Assembly (NCBI GenBank): GCA_902790635.1
Contig: CADASN010000001.1
Location: 140,515-204,514, forward strand
Source: an uncultured Bacteroidia bacterium
GTDB lineage: Bacteria; Bacteroidota; Bacteroidia; Bacteroidales; UBA932
Direction: 5' to 3'
DNA: 64,000 nucleotides
Position numbers and translations under genes: made by a program. The notes beneath the pieces were generated by a model. That model was not told the origin of the DNA and ran no database searches. It saw nothing but the letters and a program-made list of their open reading frames with translations. Positions 8,418-18,545 of the stretch are shown one piece after another (within the stretch, counting starts at the first letter, position 1; each line of letters starts with the position of its first letter).

Positions 8418-9485
8418 TCAGGCATCTTCCAGTGTCAGGAGAATCTGGATGACTTCGTAGTAGTTGGCCGTGCCGGAGCGGATGCTGTTGCTTTTCAGGA
8501 ACAGGTCGTAGAACCAGCCGTGGATGCGGCCGATCCAGGGCGAGTAGCGTTCTGCCCAGTGCGCCCGTTCCGCCTCATAGACTTCTTTCACCTCCGGCCG
8601 GAGGGTGCTTACCCATTGTTTGTATTCTTCTTCGGGCAGTGCCGAGCGGGCATTGCCCAGCACGTAGGGGAGGAGCGACTGGTGCGCCGCGTACCGGATC
8701 TTCGGATCCGCGGAGGCGCTGCAGGCCTGCCAGGCCCAGTAGTTCGCTTCCGCTTCGTTGCTCACGCCCAGCAGGTGCGACAGTTCATGGGCAAACAGGT
8801 AGGGGTACTGCCGGAGCGGGGCGTCTTCGTTGATCTGGATCTCCGCCAGGAAGGGACCGACGTAACCCGATACCCCGACGGCATTGTATATGAAATTCAG
8901 CAGCAGCCGTTTGGGACGCTGCCAGGCTTTCGGCTGCGCCAGCCCCCAGCGGGCGGGCAGGGAAGCGTAGAACTGTTTGATCTCCTGCTCGACCTGCTCC
9001 CGGTCCAGCTCATCCACCGGCACATATCCTTCGTTCAGCGCCTGGGCATATTGATCCAGGAACAGGCGGAAACGCTGGGGCTCGAAGACCTCCGGTTGCC
9101 TGCCGGCGCGTTGGTAGATATTGCTGCGGAAGTAGTTGAGGCCCCAGCCGACATAGAACCAGACGACGATCCAGAGCAACAGGCTGACCAGCGCAGTCCA
9201 GCGCCGGCGCAGCCGGAAGAGGCAGAAGACCGCCCCGGCGATGGCGGCGAGGACGATGATCTCTTCCAGGGAGAAAGGGATCCAGGAACTGACCCGCGAA
9301 GCGATCCCGGACCAGACCGGGTAGAAGTGCAGGGCGTACCCGTCCGCCCAGGCGGTGCGGGTGCGGCAGAGCAGTACGCCTGTGAGCAGCACGGCGGGCG
9401 GCAGCACGGAGCGGAGCAGCCTGGGCAGCCAGCCGGATTTCCGGTCGCCGCCGGGAGCGGGAAAATGATTCATTCTGCGCGGCAT
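8418..9485 (-). CDS. DUF3810 family membrane protein (zincin-like)
   Basis: WGLNYFR, GVSGYVGPFLAE, HELSH...EAEANY; start uncertain (9485 or 9473). Confidence 0.8.
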   Translation of the reverse strand: MPRRMNHFPAPGGDRKSGWLPRLLRSVLPPAVLLTGVLLCRTRTAWADGYALHFYPVWSGIASRVSSWIPFSLEEIIVLAAIAGAVFCLFRLRRRWTALVSLLLWIVVWFYVGWGLNYFRSNIYQRAGRQPEVFEPQRFRLFLDQYAQALNEGYVPVDELDREQVEQEIKQFYASLPARWGLAQPKAWQRPKRLLLNFIYNAVGVSGYVGPFLAEIQINEDAPLRQYPYLFAHELSHLLGVSNEAEANYWAWQACSASADPKIRYAAHQSLLPYVLGNARSALPEEEYKQWVSTLRPEVKEVYEAERAHWAERYSPWIGRIHGWFYDLFLKSNSIRSGTANYYEVIQILLTLEDA

Positions 9486-9522
9486 GGAGCAAATATACCG
9501 GATTTTTTCGTAACTTGCCGCT

Positions 9523-11712
9523 ATGAAAACCAAAATCCGCCTTCTGGTCCTTCTGGGACTCTTCATTGCCTTTGTCTCTTCCTTTGCCCAGCCCGCCGGT
9601 ACGATTCCGCCCGAGCAGCGGGACCAGATGCGCCGGCAGCAGGCCGCCGCGCAGCCGGGGCCGGCTTTCCCGGCCATGCTACAGCCCCGCCGGGACCTGC
9701 TTCGCAGCACCGATCCGGCTTTTTTCACCACCGACGAAGCCTTGCGTATCGGTGATCAGGTGCTTGCCTATCAGCGCGTCACGGGCGGCTGGCCCAAGAA
9801 TACGGACATGGTGCGCCGCCTGACGGATGCCGAGCTCGCCCAGGTGCAGGCTGCCAAGTCCCGCACGGACGATTCCACGATCGACAACAATGCCACCACG
9901 ACGCAGATGATTTACCTGGCCCGCCTCTGGCAGGCTACCCGCGAAGAGCGCTTCCGCGACGGCTTCAAGGCGGCGGTGGAGTATCTGCTGTCCGGCCAGT
10001 ACGACAACGGCGGCTGGCCGCAGTTCTGGCCGGAGATGACGGGGTATCAGGTACATATCACCTACAACGACAACGCGATCGTCAATACGCTGGAGCTCTT
10101 CCGCGCCATCTATTCCGAGCAGGATCCCTTCGGGGGCGGCCTGACCGATGCTGCGCTCCGGAAGCGTTTGCAGACCGCTTTTGACAAGGGGATCGACTGC
10201 ATTCTGGCGACACAGATCCTTCAGGACGGCAAGCCTTCGGTCTGGTGCCAGCAGCACGACCGGGAGACGCTTGCCCCGGCGCCGGCCCGCGCTTTCGAGC
10301 TCCCTTCATACTGCTCCGCAGAGAGCGCCGGCATCGTGAAGCTGCTGATGAGCCTGCCCGATCCGGATGCCCGCGTCAAGCGCGCGGTGCACGGCGCGAT
10401 GCAGTGGTTCGACAAATACAAGCTGACCGGTTTGCGTGTTGAACGAAGCTTCGAGAACGGCATCCGCAATACGCGGCTGGTCGAGGACCCCGCCGCAACG
10501 CCGATCTGGGGCCGCTTCTACGACCTCAAATGGTGTGAGCCATACGTCTGCGACCGCGACGGCATCGCCCGGCGCCGCCTCGAAGAGATCGGCCCGGAGC
10601 GTCGCAACGGCTACAGCTGGTACAACGCCAACGCCGCCGAACTTTATCCGCTCTACGACGCCTGGGCGGCGAAATACGATCCGCGCCACAAGGTGAAGAT
10701 CAGCCTGCAGACGCCGGGTGCCAACGAAAACGGTACCATCCAGATGTTTCGCCGTCCGGTCATCGACCGTCAGGCATTCGATGTGGTCGTGAAGCCCGGG
10801 CAGAGCATCCAGGCCGCCGTCGAGCAGGCGCCAGCGGTACCCACGGAGCCTTTCAAGATCCTGATCCTCAAGGGGCATTATAACGAGAAAGTCATCATCG
10901 ACCGGCCCAACATCGTGCTGGTGGGGGAGGACCGGGACGAGACGGTCCTGACCTATGCGGAATTATCCTCCAAACGCACCGTCCGGGAGTACAAGGGCAA
11001 GGCGGTCGGCAACGGTGTCATCGTCCTGCAGGAAGGCGCGGACGACTGCATCATCAGCGGCCTGACCGTTTATAACAATTATGGCACGACGGTCGAAGAG
11101 ACCACCGCGCACCAGATGGCCATCTACGGACGCGGGACGCGCACGATCGTGATCAACTGTCGTGTCTGGGCCGACGGCAACGACGCCCTGTCCCTCTGGG
11201 CGCCCGGGAGCAACGGCATGTACTACCATGCCGACCTCGACCTGCGCTGCCGCGGGGTGGACTTCCTCTGCCCGCGCGGCTGGTGCTATGCAACGCGCTG
11301 CTCCTTCTACGGCGACGGGATGGCGATGATCTGGCATGACGGCCGGGGCGATCCCGACAAGAAGCTGGTCATCACCAATTCCACGTTCGACGCCAAGTCA
11401 CCGACCCTGCTGGGGCGTTACCACCATGATGCGCAATTCTATCTCGTGCACTGCACCCTGTCGGAAAACGTGATCAACGGCAATATCCACTACGCCTACT
11501 CGGACAAGGTACTCGATTCCTGTCCCTGGGGACTCCGCACCTACTACTACAATGTGATCCGGGCAGGCGGGCACAGCGGCTGGTTGCGCAACAACCTCAG
11601 CGAAGCACCCGGCTCGCCGGAACACTACGGGGTCACGGCCGCGTGGACCTTCAATTATCAGTGGGATCCGGAGCAGCGCATCCGGGACCTCTGGGACGTG
11701 TTGGGGTACTGA
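9523..11712 (+). CDS. Pectate lyase PL10 fused to a pectinesterase (CE8)-like domain
   Basis: PL10 motifs GGWPKN, STIDNNATT, GGWPQF, ITYNDNA, WCQQHD, ARAFELPS; C-terminal SIQAAV, GHYNE, VDFLC, LGRY. Confidence 0.9.
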   Translation: MKTKIRLLVLLGLFIAFVSSFAQPAGTIPPEQRDQMRRQQAAAQPGPAFPAMLQPRRDLLRSTDPAFFTTDEALRIGDQVLAYQRVTGGWPKNTDMVRRLTDAELAQVQAAKSRTDDSTIDNNATTTQMIYLARLWQATREERFRDGFKAAVEYLLSGQYDNGGWPQFWPEMTGYQVHITYNDNAIVNTLELFRAIYSEQDPFGGGLTDAALRKRLQTAFDKGIDCILATQILQDGKPSVWCQQHDRETLAPAPARAFELPSYCSAESAGIVKLLMSLPDPDARVKRAVHGAMQWFDKYKLTGLRVERSFENGIRNTRLVEDPAATPIWGRFYDLKWCEPYVCDRDGIARRRLEEIGPERRNGYSWYNANAAELYPLYDAWAAKYDPRHKVKISLQTPGANENGTIQMFRRPVIDRQAFDVVVKPGQSIQAAVEQAPAVPTEPFKILILKGHYNEKVIIDRPNIVLVGEDRDETVLTYAELSSKRTVREYKGKAVGNGVIVLQEGADDCIISGLTVYNNYGTTVEETTAHQMAIYGRGTRTIVINCRVWADGNDALSLWAPGSNGMYYHADLDLRCRGVDFLCPRGWCYATRCSFYGDGMAMIWHDGRGDPDKKLVITNSTFDAKSPTLLGRYHHDAQFYLVHCTLSENVINGNIHYAYSDKVLDSCPWGLRTYYYNVIRAGGHSGWLRNNLSEAPGSPEHYGVTAAWTFNYQWDPEQRIRDLWDVLGY

Positions 11713-11740
11713 CCCGTCATTCACCGACTAGTCGGCGAAT

Positions 11741-12745
11741 CTATTTTTTGATAACATCCAGGCGCCAGGTGATGCCGATGTCGAAGTTGTCCACGCCGAT
11801 CGTGCTGCTCTTGAACCAGACGGCGTGCAGGCGCAGGCGGTCCCGGTTGGGGAGCGGGAAGAATTCCACGCCGCAGCCGGCGTAGATATTGCGCGTGCCG
11901 GGGGCGACGGCGAGGTCCAGGGCACGGCCCAGGGCATCGACGTTGTTGGCGTCATTGCTGTCGTATCCCGCCTTGGCACAGAGGTTCCATTTGCCGACGG
12001 TCCAGATGATCTTGGAGATGAGGGTGAAGTCCGAGAAGAAGCGCTTCTGGCCAGCCCCGGCGCGGTTCATCCACTCGAGATCGACAGCCAGGGGGCCGAA
12101 AATGAGGCGGTTGCCCAGGGCGATGTAGTTGATCGTACGGTGGTACTCATCCTGGACGAAGTTGACGCTCCATAGGGTGTTCCACCAGGAGGTAAAATGC
12201 CCGGTCCACTCCAGGTTGTAGGCGTAGAGATTCTGGAAGCCCAGGGAAAGGGGCGAGTTGCAGAACTGGAAGATCAGGTTCTGGCCGGGAAGGAATTCGT
12301 ATTCGCCGGCAATGCCGAAGGAGAATCCCTGGTAGAGGTTGTTGCAGAAGTTGCTGTAGTAGTAGACGTCGATCGGGACGGCGTCGAATTCGTAGCCGCC
12401 GATCATCACGGCGTTCTTGCCCACGGTGAAGGCGAGTTTGGGCGTGGCCTGCCAGCGGATATAGAGGAAGTCCGTGGCATTGAACATGTTGCGTTCGTCG
12501 AAAACTTTTTTGTTAAGCCGCTGCCGGATGCGGAAATCGAGCTTGTCCGTGAGCGTTCCGCGGATGTTCAGGTTGAAATGGTCCCCCGTGAATTGGCTGT
12601 AGTACTGCCCGCCTGCCCACTCCTGGTGGAAGGATGCGCGGGTGTCGAAATACAGCTGGGAGATGGTCGGCTGTGCGGCTGCCGCCAGACCGGCGGACAG
12701 CGCGCAAAGCGGGAGAATCAGACGCAGAAGAGTGATTATTTTCAT
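11741..12745 (-). CDS. Outer-membrane porin (OprO/OprP-like Bacteroidetes porin)
   Basis: Signal peptide, FRIRQRLNK, TVGKN..IGGYEFD, aromatic-rich beta strands. Confidence 0.7.
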   Translation of the reverse strand: MKIITLLRLILPLCALSAGLAAAAQPTISQLYFDTRASFHQEWAGGQYYSQFTGDHFNLNIRGTLTDKLDFRIRQRLNKKVFDERNMFNATDFLYIRWQATPKLAFTVGKNAVMIGGYEFDAVPIDVYYYSNFCNNLYQGFSFGIAGEYEFLPGQNLIFQFCNSPLSLGFQNLYAYNLEWTGHFTSWWNTLWSVNFVQDEYHRTINYIALGNRLIFGPLAVDLEWMNRAGAGQKRFFSDFTLISKIIWTVGKWNLCAKAGYDSNDANNVDALGRALDLAVAPGTRNIYAGCGVEFFPLPNRDRLRLHAVWFKSSTIGVDNFDIGITWRLDVIKK

Positions 12746-12832
12746 CGCTTGTCAGTTTTCAACTGCTAAAAATAGCAAAAATAAACGGGAAAACCGTATC
12801 TTTGGGATATGCTCTGTATTCACTCCATCATC

Positions 12833-15166
12833 ATGAAAAAGCAAATCGTCCCGGCGCTTGTCTTTGTGGCCGTCTTCCAGTCTCTCTGCGGATGTGGACC
12901 GAAACAGGAACTGGTCTTGCATTACGACCGGCCGGCCACCTGTCTCGAAGAAGCACTTCCGCTTGGCAACGGGCGTCTGGGCGCATTGGTGTATGGTGGC
13001 CCGGAGGAGGATCGTATTTCACTGAATGATATTACCTTGTGGTCCGGCGAGCCGGACCGGCCCGCGATGCATCCGGATTTGCAGGATGGTGTGGGGGCGG
13101 AGGCGGCGGAGACGATCCCGCTGATTCGGGAAGCGCTTGCGCAGGAGGATTATGCCACCGCGGAGCGCCTTCAGCGCCGCGTGCAGGGGCATTTCAGCGA
13201 ATCCTACATGCCCCTGGGGACCTTGCGTATCCGCTATGAAGATGCAGGTGAGGTAAGCGGCTACCGTCGTGAACTGGATCTGTCCACGGCCGTGGCGAAG
13301 ACCAGCTGCCTGCGGGGCGGCAAGCCTTTCTCGGCCTCCTATTTCGTCTCGGCGCCGGATTCCGTGATTGTCATCCGCCTGGAAGCGGCGGACGGCGTGC
13401 ATGCGCGCATCCTGCTGGATTCACCCCTGCCTTCCGTGGTGCACGCAGAAGGCTCTTCCCTTGTGATGGAAGGATATGCCCCCTGGCATGCCTATCCCGG
13501 GTATTACCGGCAGGGAGAGGGGCAGATGCTGTATGACCCGGACCGTGGCATCCATTTCCGGACGGTGCTTTCCCTGCGCAAGCAGGGCGGGGACGTGCGT
13601 GCCGAAGACGGACAGCTGGTCGTGGACGGCTGCCGCGAGCTGACGCTGCTGGTGGTCAATGCCACGAGTTTCAATGGATTCGACAAGGATCCCGTCCGGG
13701 AAGGGAAGGACTGCGCCGCCCTGGCGGATGCCCAGGCCGCGCGGGTGCTGGACCTGTCCGACAAGACACTTTTGGAACGCCACTTGGCGGACTACCGGGC
13801 GCTTTTCGACGGTGTGACGCTGGATCTGGGGCGCACGGACGCGACGCTGCGGGCTTTACCGACGGATGAGCAGCTGCGCCTGTATTCGACGGACAGGCGG
13901 CCCAACCCCGAGTTGGAGGCCCTGTATTTCCAGTTTGGCCGCTATTTGCTGATCAGCTCTTCCCGTACTTCCGGCGTCCCCGCCAATCTGCAGGGACTCT
14001 GGAGTGAGAGCATGGATCCGCCGTGGAGCTGCAATTACACGATCAACATCAACCTGGAAGAGAATTACTGGCCGGCCGAAGTGGTCGGGCTGGGGGCCCT
14101 GCACGAAGTGTTGCTGGACTTTACGCATGAATTGGCGCAGAACGGACGGGTGGCCGCGGCGCATTATTACGGCGCACCGCGCGGCTGGAATACCGGCCAC
14201 AATACCGATATCTGGGCGATGGCCTGCCCGGTAGGCCTGGGGACAGGGATGCCGAGCTGGGCCAATTGGACGATGGGCGGTGCCTGGCTGTCCACGCATA
14301 TCTGGGAGCATTGGCTTTTCAGCCGGGACCGGGCCCGCCTGGAGCGGGACTATCCCGTGCTTCGCGGCGCTGCCGAGTTCTGCCTGGACTGGCTGGTGGA
14401 GAAAGACGGGGAACTGATCACTTCGCCTTCGACCTCGCCGGAGAATCTCTACGTCTCGGCGGACGGGCGTCCGCGGGCGACGCTCTACGGCGCCACCGCC
14501 GACCTGGCCATCATCCGCGAGTGTCTCACGGATGCGATTGCCGCGGCGCAGGAGCTGGGGGTAGACGAGGATTTCGTGCGCGAAGCGTCGGACAAGCTTT
14601 CGCGGCTGCATCCTTATCAGGTGGATGCCGCGGGCAAGCTGCAGGAGTGGTATCATGACTGGCAGGACTGGGAGCCGACGCACCGGCACCAGAGCCATTT
14701 GATCGGGGTGCACCCCGGTCATCAGATAGTTGAAGGTCCACTTGCGGAAGCTGCTTTGAAGACTTTGGAAGTCAAGGGGTTCGAGACGACTGGTTGGAGC
14801 TGCGGCTGGCGGATTAACCTCTATGCCCGCCTGGGCCAGGGGGAGCTGGCTTACCGTATGCTGCGGCAGCTGCTCCGCTATGTCGATCCGGATCCGTCCG
14901 GAGCGGAGGATTATCAGGGCGGGGGAGGCTCCTATCCCAACCTGTTCGATGCCCATCCGCCGTTCCAGATCGACGGCAATTTCGGCGGATGCGCCGGGAT
15001 CGCCGAGATGCTCCTGCAGTCGGATCCCGACGGGACGGTCCACCCGCTGCCGGCGCTGCCCGCCGCCTGGCCTTCCGGCCGCGTGACGGGGCTCCGCACG
15101 CGGGGCGGCCAGACCGTGGATATCAGCTGGCGCGACGGCAAGGTCCGCAGGATGAGCGTCCGATAG
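12833..15166 (+). CDS. Glycoside hydrolase family 95 (alpha-L-fucosidase/L-galactosidase)
   Basis: [62 protein letters not shown]. Confidence 0.95.
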   Translation: MKKQIVPALVFVAVFQSLCGCGPKQELVLHYDRPATCLEEALPLGNGRLGALVYGGPEEDRISLNDITLWSGEPDRPAMHPDLQDGVGAEAAETIPLIREALAQEDYATAERLQRRVQGHFSESYMPLGTLRIRYEDAGEVSGYRRELDLSTAVAKTSCLRGGKPFSASYFVSAPDSVIVIRLEAADGVHARILLDSPLPSVVHAEGSSLVMEGYAPWHAYPGYYRQGEGQMLYDPDRGIHFRTVLSLRKQGGDVRAEDGQLVVDGCRELTLLVVNATSFNGFDKDPVREGKDCAALADAQAARVLDLSDKTLLERHLADYRALFDGVTLDLGRTDATLRALPTDEQLRLYSTDRRPNPELEALYFQFGRYLLISSSRTSGVPANLQGLWSESMDPPWSCNYTININLEENYWPAEVVGLGALHEVLLDFTHELAQNGRVAAAHYYGAPRGWNTGHNTDIWAMACPVGLGTGMPSWANWTMGGAWLSTHIWEHWLFSRDRARLERDYPVLRGAAEFCLDWLVEKDGELITSPSTSPENLYVSADGRPRATLYGATADLAIIRECLTDAIAAAQELGVDEDFVREASDKLSRLHPYQVDAAGKLQEWYHDWQDWEPTHRHQSHLIGVHPGHQIVEGPLAEAALKTLEVKGFETTGWSCGWRINLYARLGQGELAYRMLRQLLRYVDPDPSGAEDYQGGGGSYPNLFDAHPPFQIDGNFGGCAGIAEMLLQSDPDGTVHPLPALPAAWPSGRVTGLRTRGGQTVDISWRDGKVRRMSVR

Positions 15167-15193
15167 TATCAAAATGAATTAAAAGACATAAAC

Positions 15194-16876
15194 ATGAAGA
15201 AAAACATCATCATCGTAGAAATCCTTTCTACTGGGATCAATTATGTAGAAGACGCCCTGGCCCGGGGTTATCAGCCTGTTGTCCTGGAAGCTCTTTACCC
15301 CGGCACGGAAGAAGAAAGGGCTGAATTCGAAGAAGCTCAATATGCGGCCCGCCTGCGCCTGCCTGCAGGCACGCCGGTGATCCGGGCGAGCAACGACTAC
15401 GATGCCATCTTGGCGGAGGTCCGTACCTATGCTCCAGTGGCCGTCGTTGCGGGCAGCGAGTTCGGCGTCGAACTCGCTACGCACCTGGCTTCCGACCTGG
15501 GGCTTCCCGGAAACCCCTGGTCCATCATCGGCAAGATGACCCGCAAGAACGAGATGCATCAGGCACTGGCCGATCACGGCGTACGCGCCATCCGGGGCCG
15601 TCTGGTGCGCAGCGAAGCGGAGGCGGAAGCTTTCTACAAGGAACTCGATACGACGCACACCGTCATCAAACGTGCCCGCAGTGCCGGTACGCTGGGCGTG
15701 CATCTGTGCGAGGGGCACGAGGAGATGATCGAAGCCGTGCGACAGGAACTCGCGCTTTCCGCCGATGACGAGAATGTGGGCGACATCCTGATGCAGGAGC
15801 GCATCATCGGCAAGGAATACATCGTCAACACGGTGTCCTGCGCCGGCAAGCACCGGCTGGTGTCCATGTGGGTCTATGACAAGATCCAGATGAACGGCAG
15901 CAACATCTATAATTATGCGGAATCCATCAACCACCTGGACATCGGTCATTCGGCGCTGATACGCTATGCCTTCGACGTGCTGGATGCCATCGGGTTGCAG
16001 TACGGTCCGGTGCATGGGGAGTACATGGTGGACGAGAAGGGCCCTGTGCTGATCGAGGTCAACTGCCGTCCGATGGGCGCCGGCCTGGAGCGGCATTTCG
16101 TGGAGAAGGTCTTCGGCAAACACGAAACGGACTGTGCGCTGGACACGTATCTGGATCCCGTCAAGTTCGAGCGGGACCGCCATGCGCCCTACCGTCCGCT
16201 TCGCAAAGGTGTCATCAAGATGTTCATCCTGCCGGATGACGTGACGCTGGAGTCGGCACCGGTACTGCAGGTCGTACGCCATCTGCCGAGTTTCTACAGC
16301 GCTTCGTTTACCCGCCTGGGTCGCGATCCTTTCCTCTCGCGCACGAAGGATCTGGAGACAGCGGGCGGCACAGCATACCTGGTGCATGACGACGAACGCG
16401 TTGTGATGGAGGACTGCCATTTCCTGCATCGCCTGGAGATGCAGTATCCGCAGATGCTTTTCAACCAGCTCAAACCGGATGCATCCGTCAAGCCCGCGGA
16501 GCGGATTCCGCTGGCGTCCCTGCTGAAAGAGGCGGACTGTCATGGGGCGACGCTGGTGTTCAGCGATACCGAGAAATCGGCGCCGGGCGCCGTCGTGGTG
16601 TCTGGCGACGCATTGGATTCGGCCTACGACAGCTACGACAATGCCATCATCGACCTGAGCAGTCCGGCGTCCTTCGCCGACGCCGAGAGCGTCATCGAAC
16701 AGATCTTCGAACTGCTCGGCAAGGTCCGCCCCGGCGGCCGCGTGCTGATTCCCGAGAGCACCTGCTGTCATCTCCCTTACGGCGCCACCGGCATGGAAAT
16801 TCTCCTTCACGCCAAAGGTCTCCGTATAGAAGCGCCCCTTGCGGGCAAGGGACGCATGATGATCGCCTCGGTCTGA
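15194..16876 (+). CDS. ATP-grasp domain protein (amino-acid ligase-like) with C-terminal extension
   Basis: AGSEFGV, K.EMHQAL, MQERIIGKEYIVNTVS, GPVHGEYM, LIEVNCRPMG. Confidence 0.82.
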   Translation: MKKNIIIVEILSTGINYVEDALARGYQPVVLEALYPGTEEERAEFEEAQYAARLRLPAGTPVIRASNDYDAILAEVRTYAPVAVVAGSEFGVELATHLASDLGLPGNPWSIIGKMTRKNEMHQALADHGVRAIRGRLVRSEAEAEAFYKELDTTHTVIKRARSAGTLGVHLCEGHEEMIEAVRQELALSADDENVGDILMQERIIGKEYIVNTVSCAGKHRLVSMWVYDKIQMNGSNIYNYAESINHLDIGHSALIRYAFDVLDAIGLQYGPVHGEYMVDEKGPVLIEVNCRPMGAGLERHFVEKVFGKHETDCALDTYLDPVKFERDRHAPYRPLRKGVIKMFILPDDVTLESAPVLQVVRHLPSFYSASFTRLGRDPFLSRTKDLETAGGTAYLVHDDERVVMEDCHFLHRLEMQYPQMLFNQLKPDASVKPAERIPLASLLKEADCHGATLVFSDTEKSAPGAVVVSGDALDSAYDSYDNAIIDLSSPASFADAESVIEQIFELLGKVRPGGRVLIPESTCCHLPYGATGMEILLHAKGLRIEAPLAGKGRMMIASV

Positions 16877-16900
16877 TCATAGCGGAGCGGCATCTCCACA

Positions 16901-16930
16901 AAAATGAGCGGTCTTGGACCGCTCATTTTT
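16901..16930. terminator. Bidirectional intrinsic terminator between the ATP-grasp gene and ssrA
   Basis: aaaatgagcggtc-ttg-gaccgctcattttt. Confidence 0.8.
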
Positions 16931-16931
16931 G

Positions 16932-17325
16932 TGGAGATGGGCGGAGTCGAACCGCCGTCCAAACAAAGTCCCAGGTAGCTTTCTACACGCTTATTCTCTC
17001 TTTGATTGTCGGCCCAGGGCTGCCGAAAGACAGGCCATCCGGGGCTTATCCTCTGGGAGCTTAACGGGTCTTAGAGGCGTCTGGCCCGCGCATCCGGTTT
17101 TGATGATACCCCTGGATCCAGACTGAACCGGCCTAAAGCTGGAGGGATATACGTCGTGCCGCAGCCTTGGCGGCATCGATTAATGCTCAATCTCTGAGAG
17201 ATTAGCAAGCGTATGAATAGTTGTAGTTGCCAGTTATGGCTTGAAGACTGGGATTAACGGGCCAGCCCCCTACGCCCGACGTGCTTACCATCCGAAATCA
17301 GTGCTGTCAAAACCAGAACATCCCC
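16932..17325 (-). ncRNA. ssrA: tmRNA
   Basis: 5' GGGGATGTTCTGGTTTTGAC, 3' GGACGGCGGTTCGACTCCGCCCATCTCCA; G3.U70 alanine acceptor stem; tag ORF at 17231-17202 after ATAACT. Confidence 0.95.
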
Positions 17326-17336
17326 GATTCGTATGT

Positions 17337-17414
17337 TGGTGGGAGATACTGGGTTCGAACCAGTGACCCCTTGCTTGTAAGGCAAGTGCTCTGAACCGAC
17401 TGAGCTAATCTCCC
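17337..17414 (-). tRNA. tRNA-Val(TAC)
   Basis: GGGAGATTAGCTCAGTCGG...CTTGCCT-TAC-AAGCAAG...GGTTCGAACC...CTCCCACCA; TATCTTTG -7 element at 17439-17446. Confidence 0.97.
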
Positions 17415-17491
17415 TCTTGCGCTGGTCCAATAAGAATGCAAAGATAGTTCTTTTTCGGAATCTCGCCAAAAAAAAGTCGAACACCGGCCCG

Positions 17492-18424
17492 CTACTTCAA
17501 TGAGTGGACCGGGAAGGTGAAGTAGGTGTCGGGGTAGGGCTCATCGGCGAGGGTGAAGTGCCACCACTCGGAGTCGAGGGCCTTGAACCCGTGGCGGACC
17601 ATCGCTTCGCGCAGGATCATGCGGTTGGCGAACTGCTCCGGGGTGATGCTGCGGCCGGCGGGGCTCTCGTGGTTGTCGCCGTTGAAGATGCCGGCATCCG
17701 GATCGCCGCAAAAGTCCGGGTGGCTCTCCGGGCCGAACCAGTCGAAGGTGCCGCCCATGTCCACCTCCTTCTCCGTGGCCATGTCGAAGAGGGTCAGGTC
17801 CACGGTGGAGCCGCGCGTATGGCCGGATTTCTCCATGATGTACAACTGGTCGAAGAGCACAGACTTGTCGAGGTCGGGGTAGAAATAGGCCTTCATCAGC
17901 GTGTCCGGGATGTCCGCCGCCCAGCGGACGAAATGGTCCACCGCGCGCTGCGGCCGGTAGGCGTCGTAGATTTTGAGGCGGTAGCCCTTTGCCATCAGCT
18001 CGTCACTGACGGCGCGCAACGCCTCCGCAGCGGCGCGGGTCAGCAGGGCGACAGGCTGCCTGTAGCCGTCGATGCGCGTACCGACGAAATTGTAGGTAGA
18101 ATAATAGCGGATCTCGAGGATGGCGTCCGGAACGATCTCCGTAATCTCTACAAAATCGTCCCAGTTGGCTTCGGGTGCTTCTCTGGCCTCGCCCCAGAGG
18201 CCGAAACCGGAGCGGATGAAACGAGAGTGCCGGCGCGCGTCGCCCTTCACCTTGGCGAGGGAGGCGGAGGAGATGCCGTCGATGCCTTTGATTCTGTTTT
18301 CCAGGCGGGCGATGCCGATGTAGGCCGGCCGCAGGCGATGCTCGCTGGCTGCCCAGAAGAGGAGCAGGACGACAAGTGCGAGGAGGCCCCAGAGGATCCG
18401 GCGGGAGCGTTTCTTTTGTTTCAT
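17492..18424 (-). CDS. D-alanyl-D-alanine dipeptidase (M15D, VanX/DdpX-like) with N-terminal membrane anchor
   Basis: IRYYSTYNFVG, IYDAYRPQRAV, SGHTRGSTVDLTL, DMGGTFDWF, EWWHF. Confidence 0.92.
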   Translation of the reverse strand: MKQKKRSRRILWGLLALVVLLLFWAASEHRLRPAYIGIARLENRIKGIDGISSASLAKVKGDARRHSRFIRSGFGLWGEAREAPEANWDDFVEITEIVPDAILEIRYYSTYNFVGTRIDGYRQPVALLTRAAAEALRAVSDELMAKGYRLKIYDAYRPQRAVDHFVRWAADIPDTLMKAYFYPDLDKSVLFDQLYIMEKSGHTRGSTVDLTLFDMATEKEVDMGGTFDWFGPESHPDFCGDPDAGIFNGDNHESPAGRSITPEQFANRMILREAMVRHGFKALDSEWWHFTLADEPYPDTYFTFPVHSLK

Positions 18425-18545
18425 GGATGCAAATATAAAAAGAATGATCCTGGATTGAAGATGGTTTCCTGTGAATTTGCTATCTTTGAATGTTATTTAC
18501 AGGCCGCATGTGCCGCAGAAGATTGTTTTTAACTGTTGTCATTTG

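Noticed and set aside
7603-16932. Possible genomic island between tRNA-Ser and ssrA
   Set aside because: I found no integrase, no direct repeat of either RNA 3' end and no clear compositional shift by eye
17492-18424. Vancomycin resistance gene (vanX)
   Set aside because: No vanHA/vanRS context and Gram-negative host; treated as a housekeeping D,D-dipeptidase
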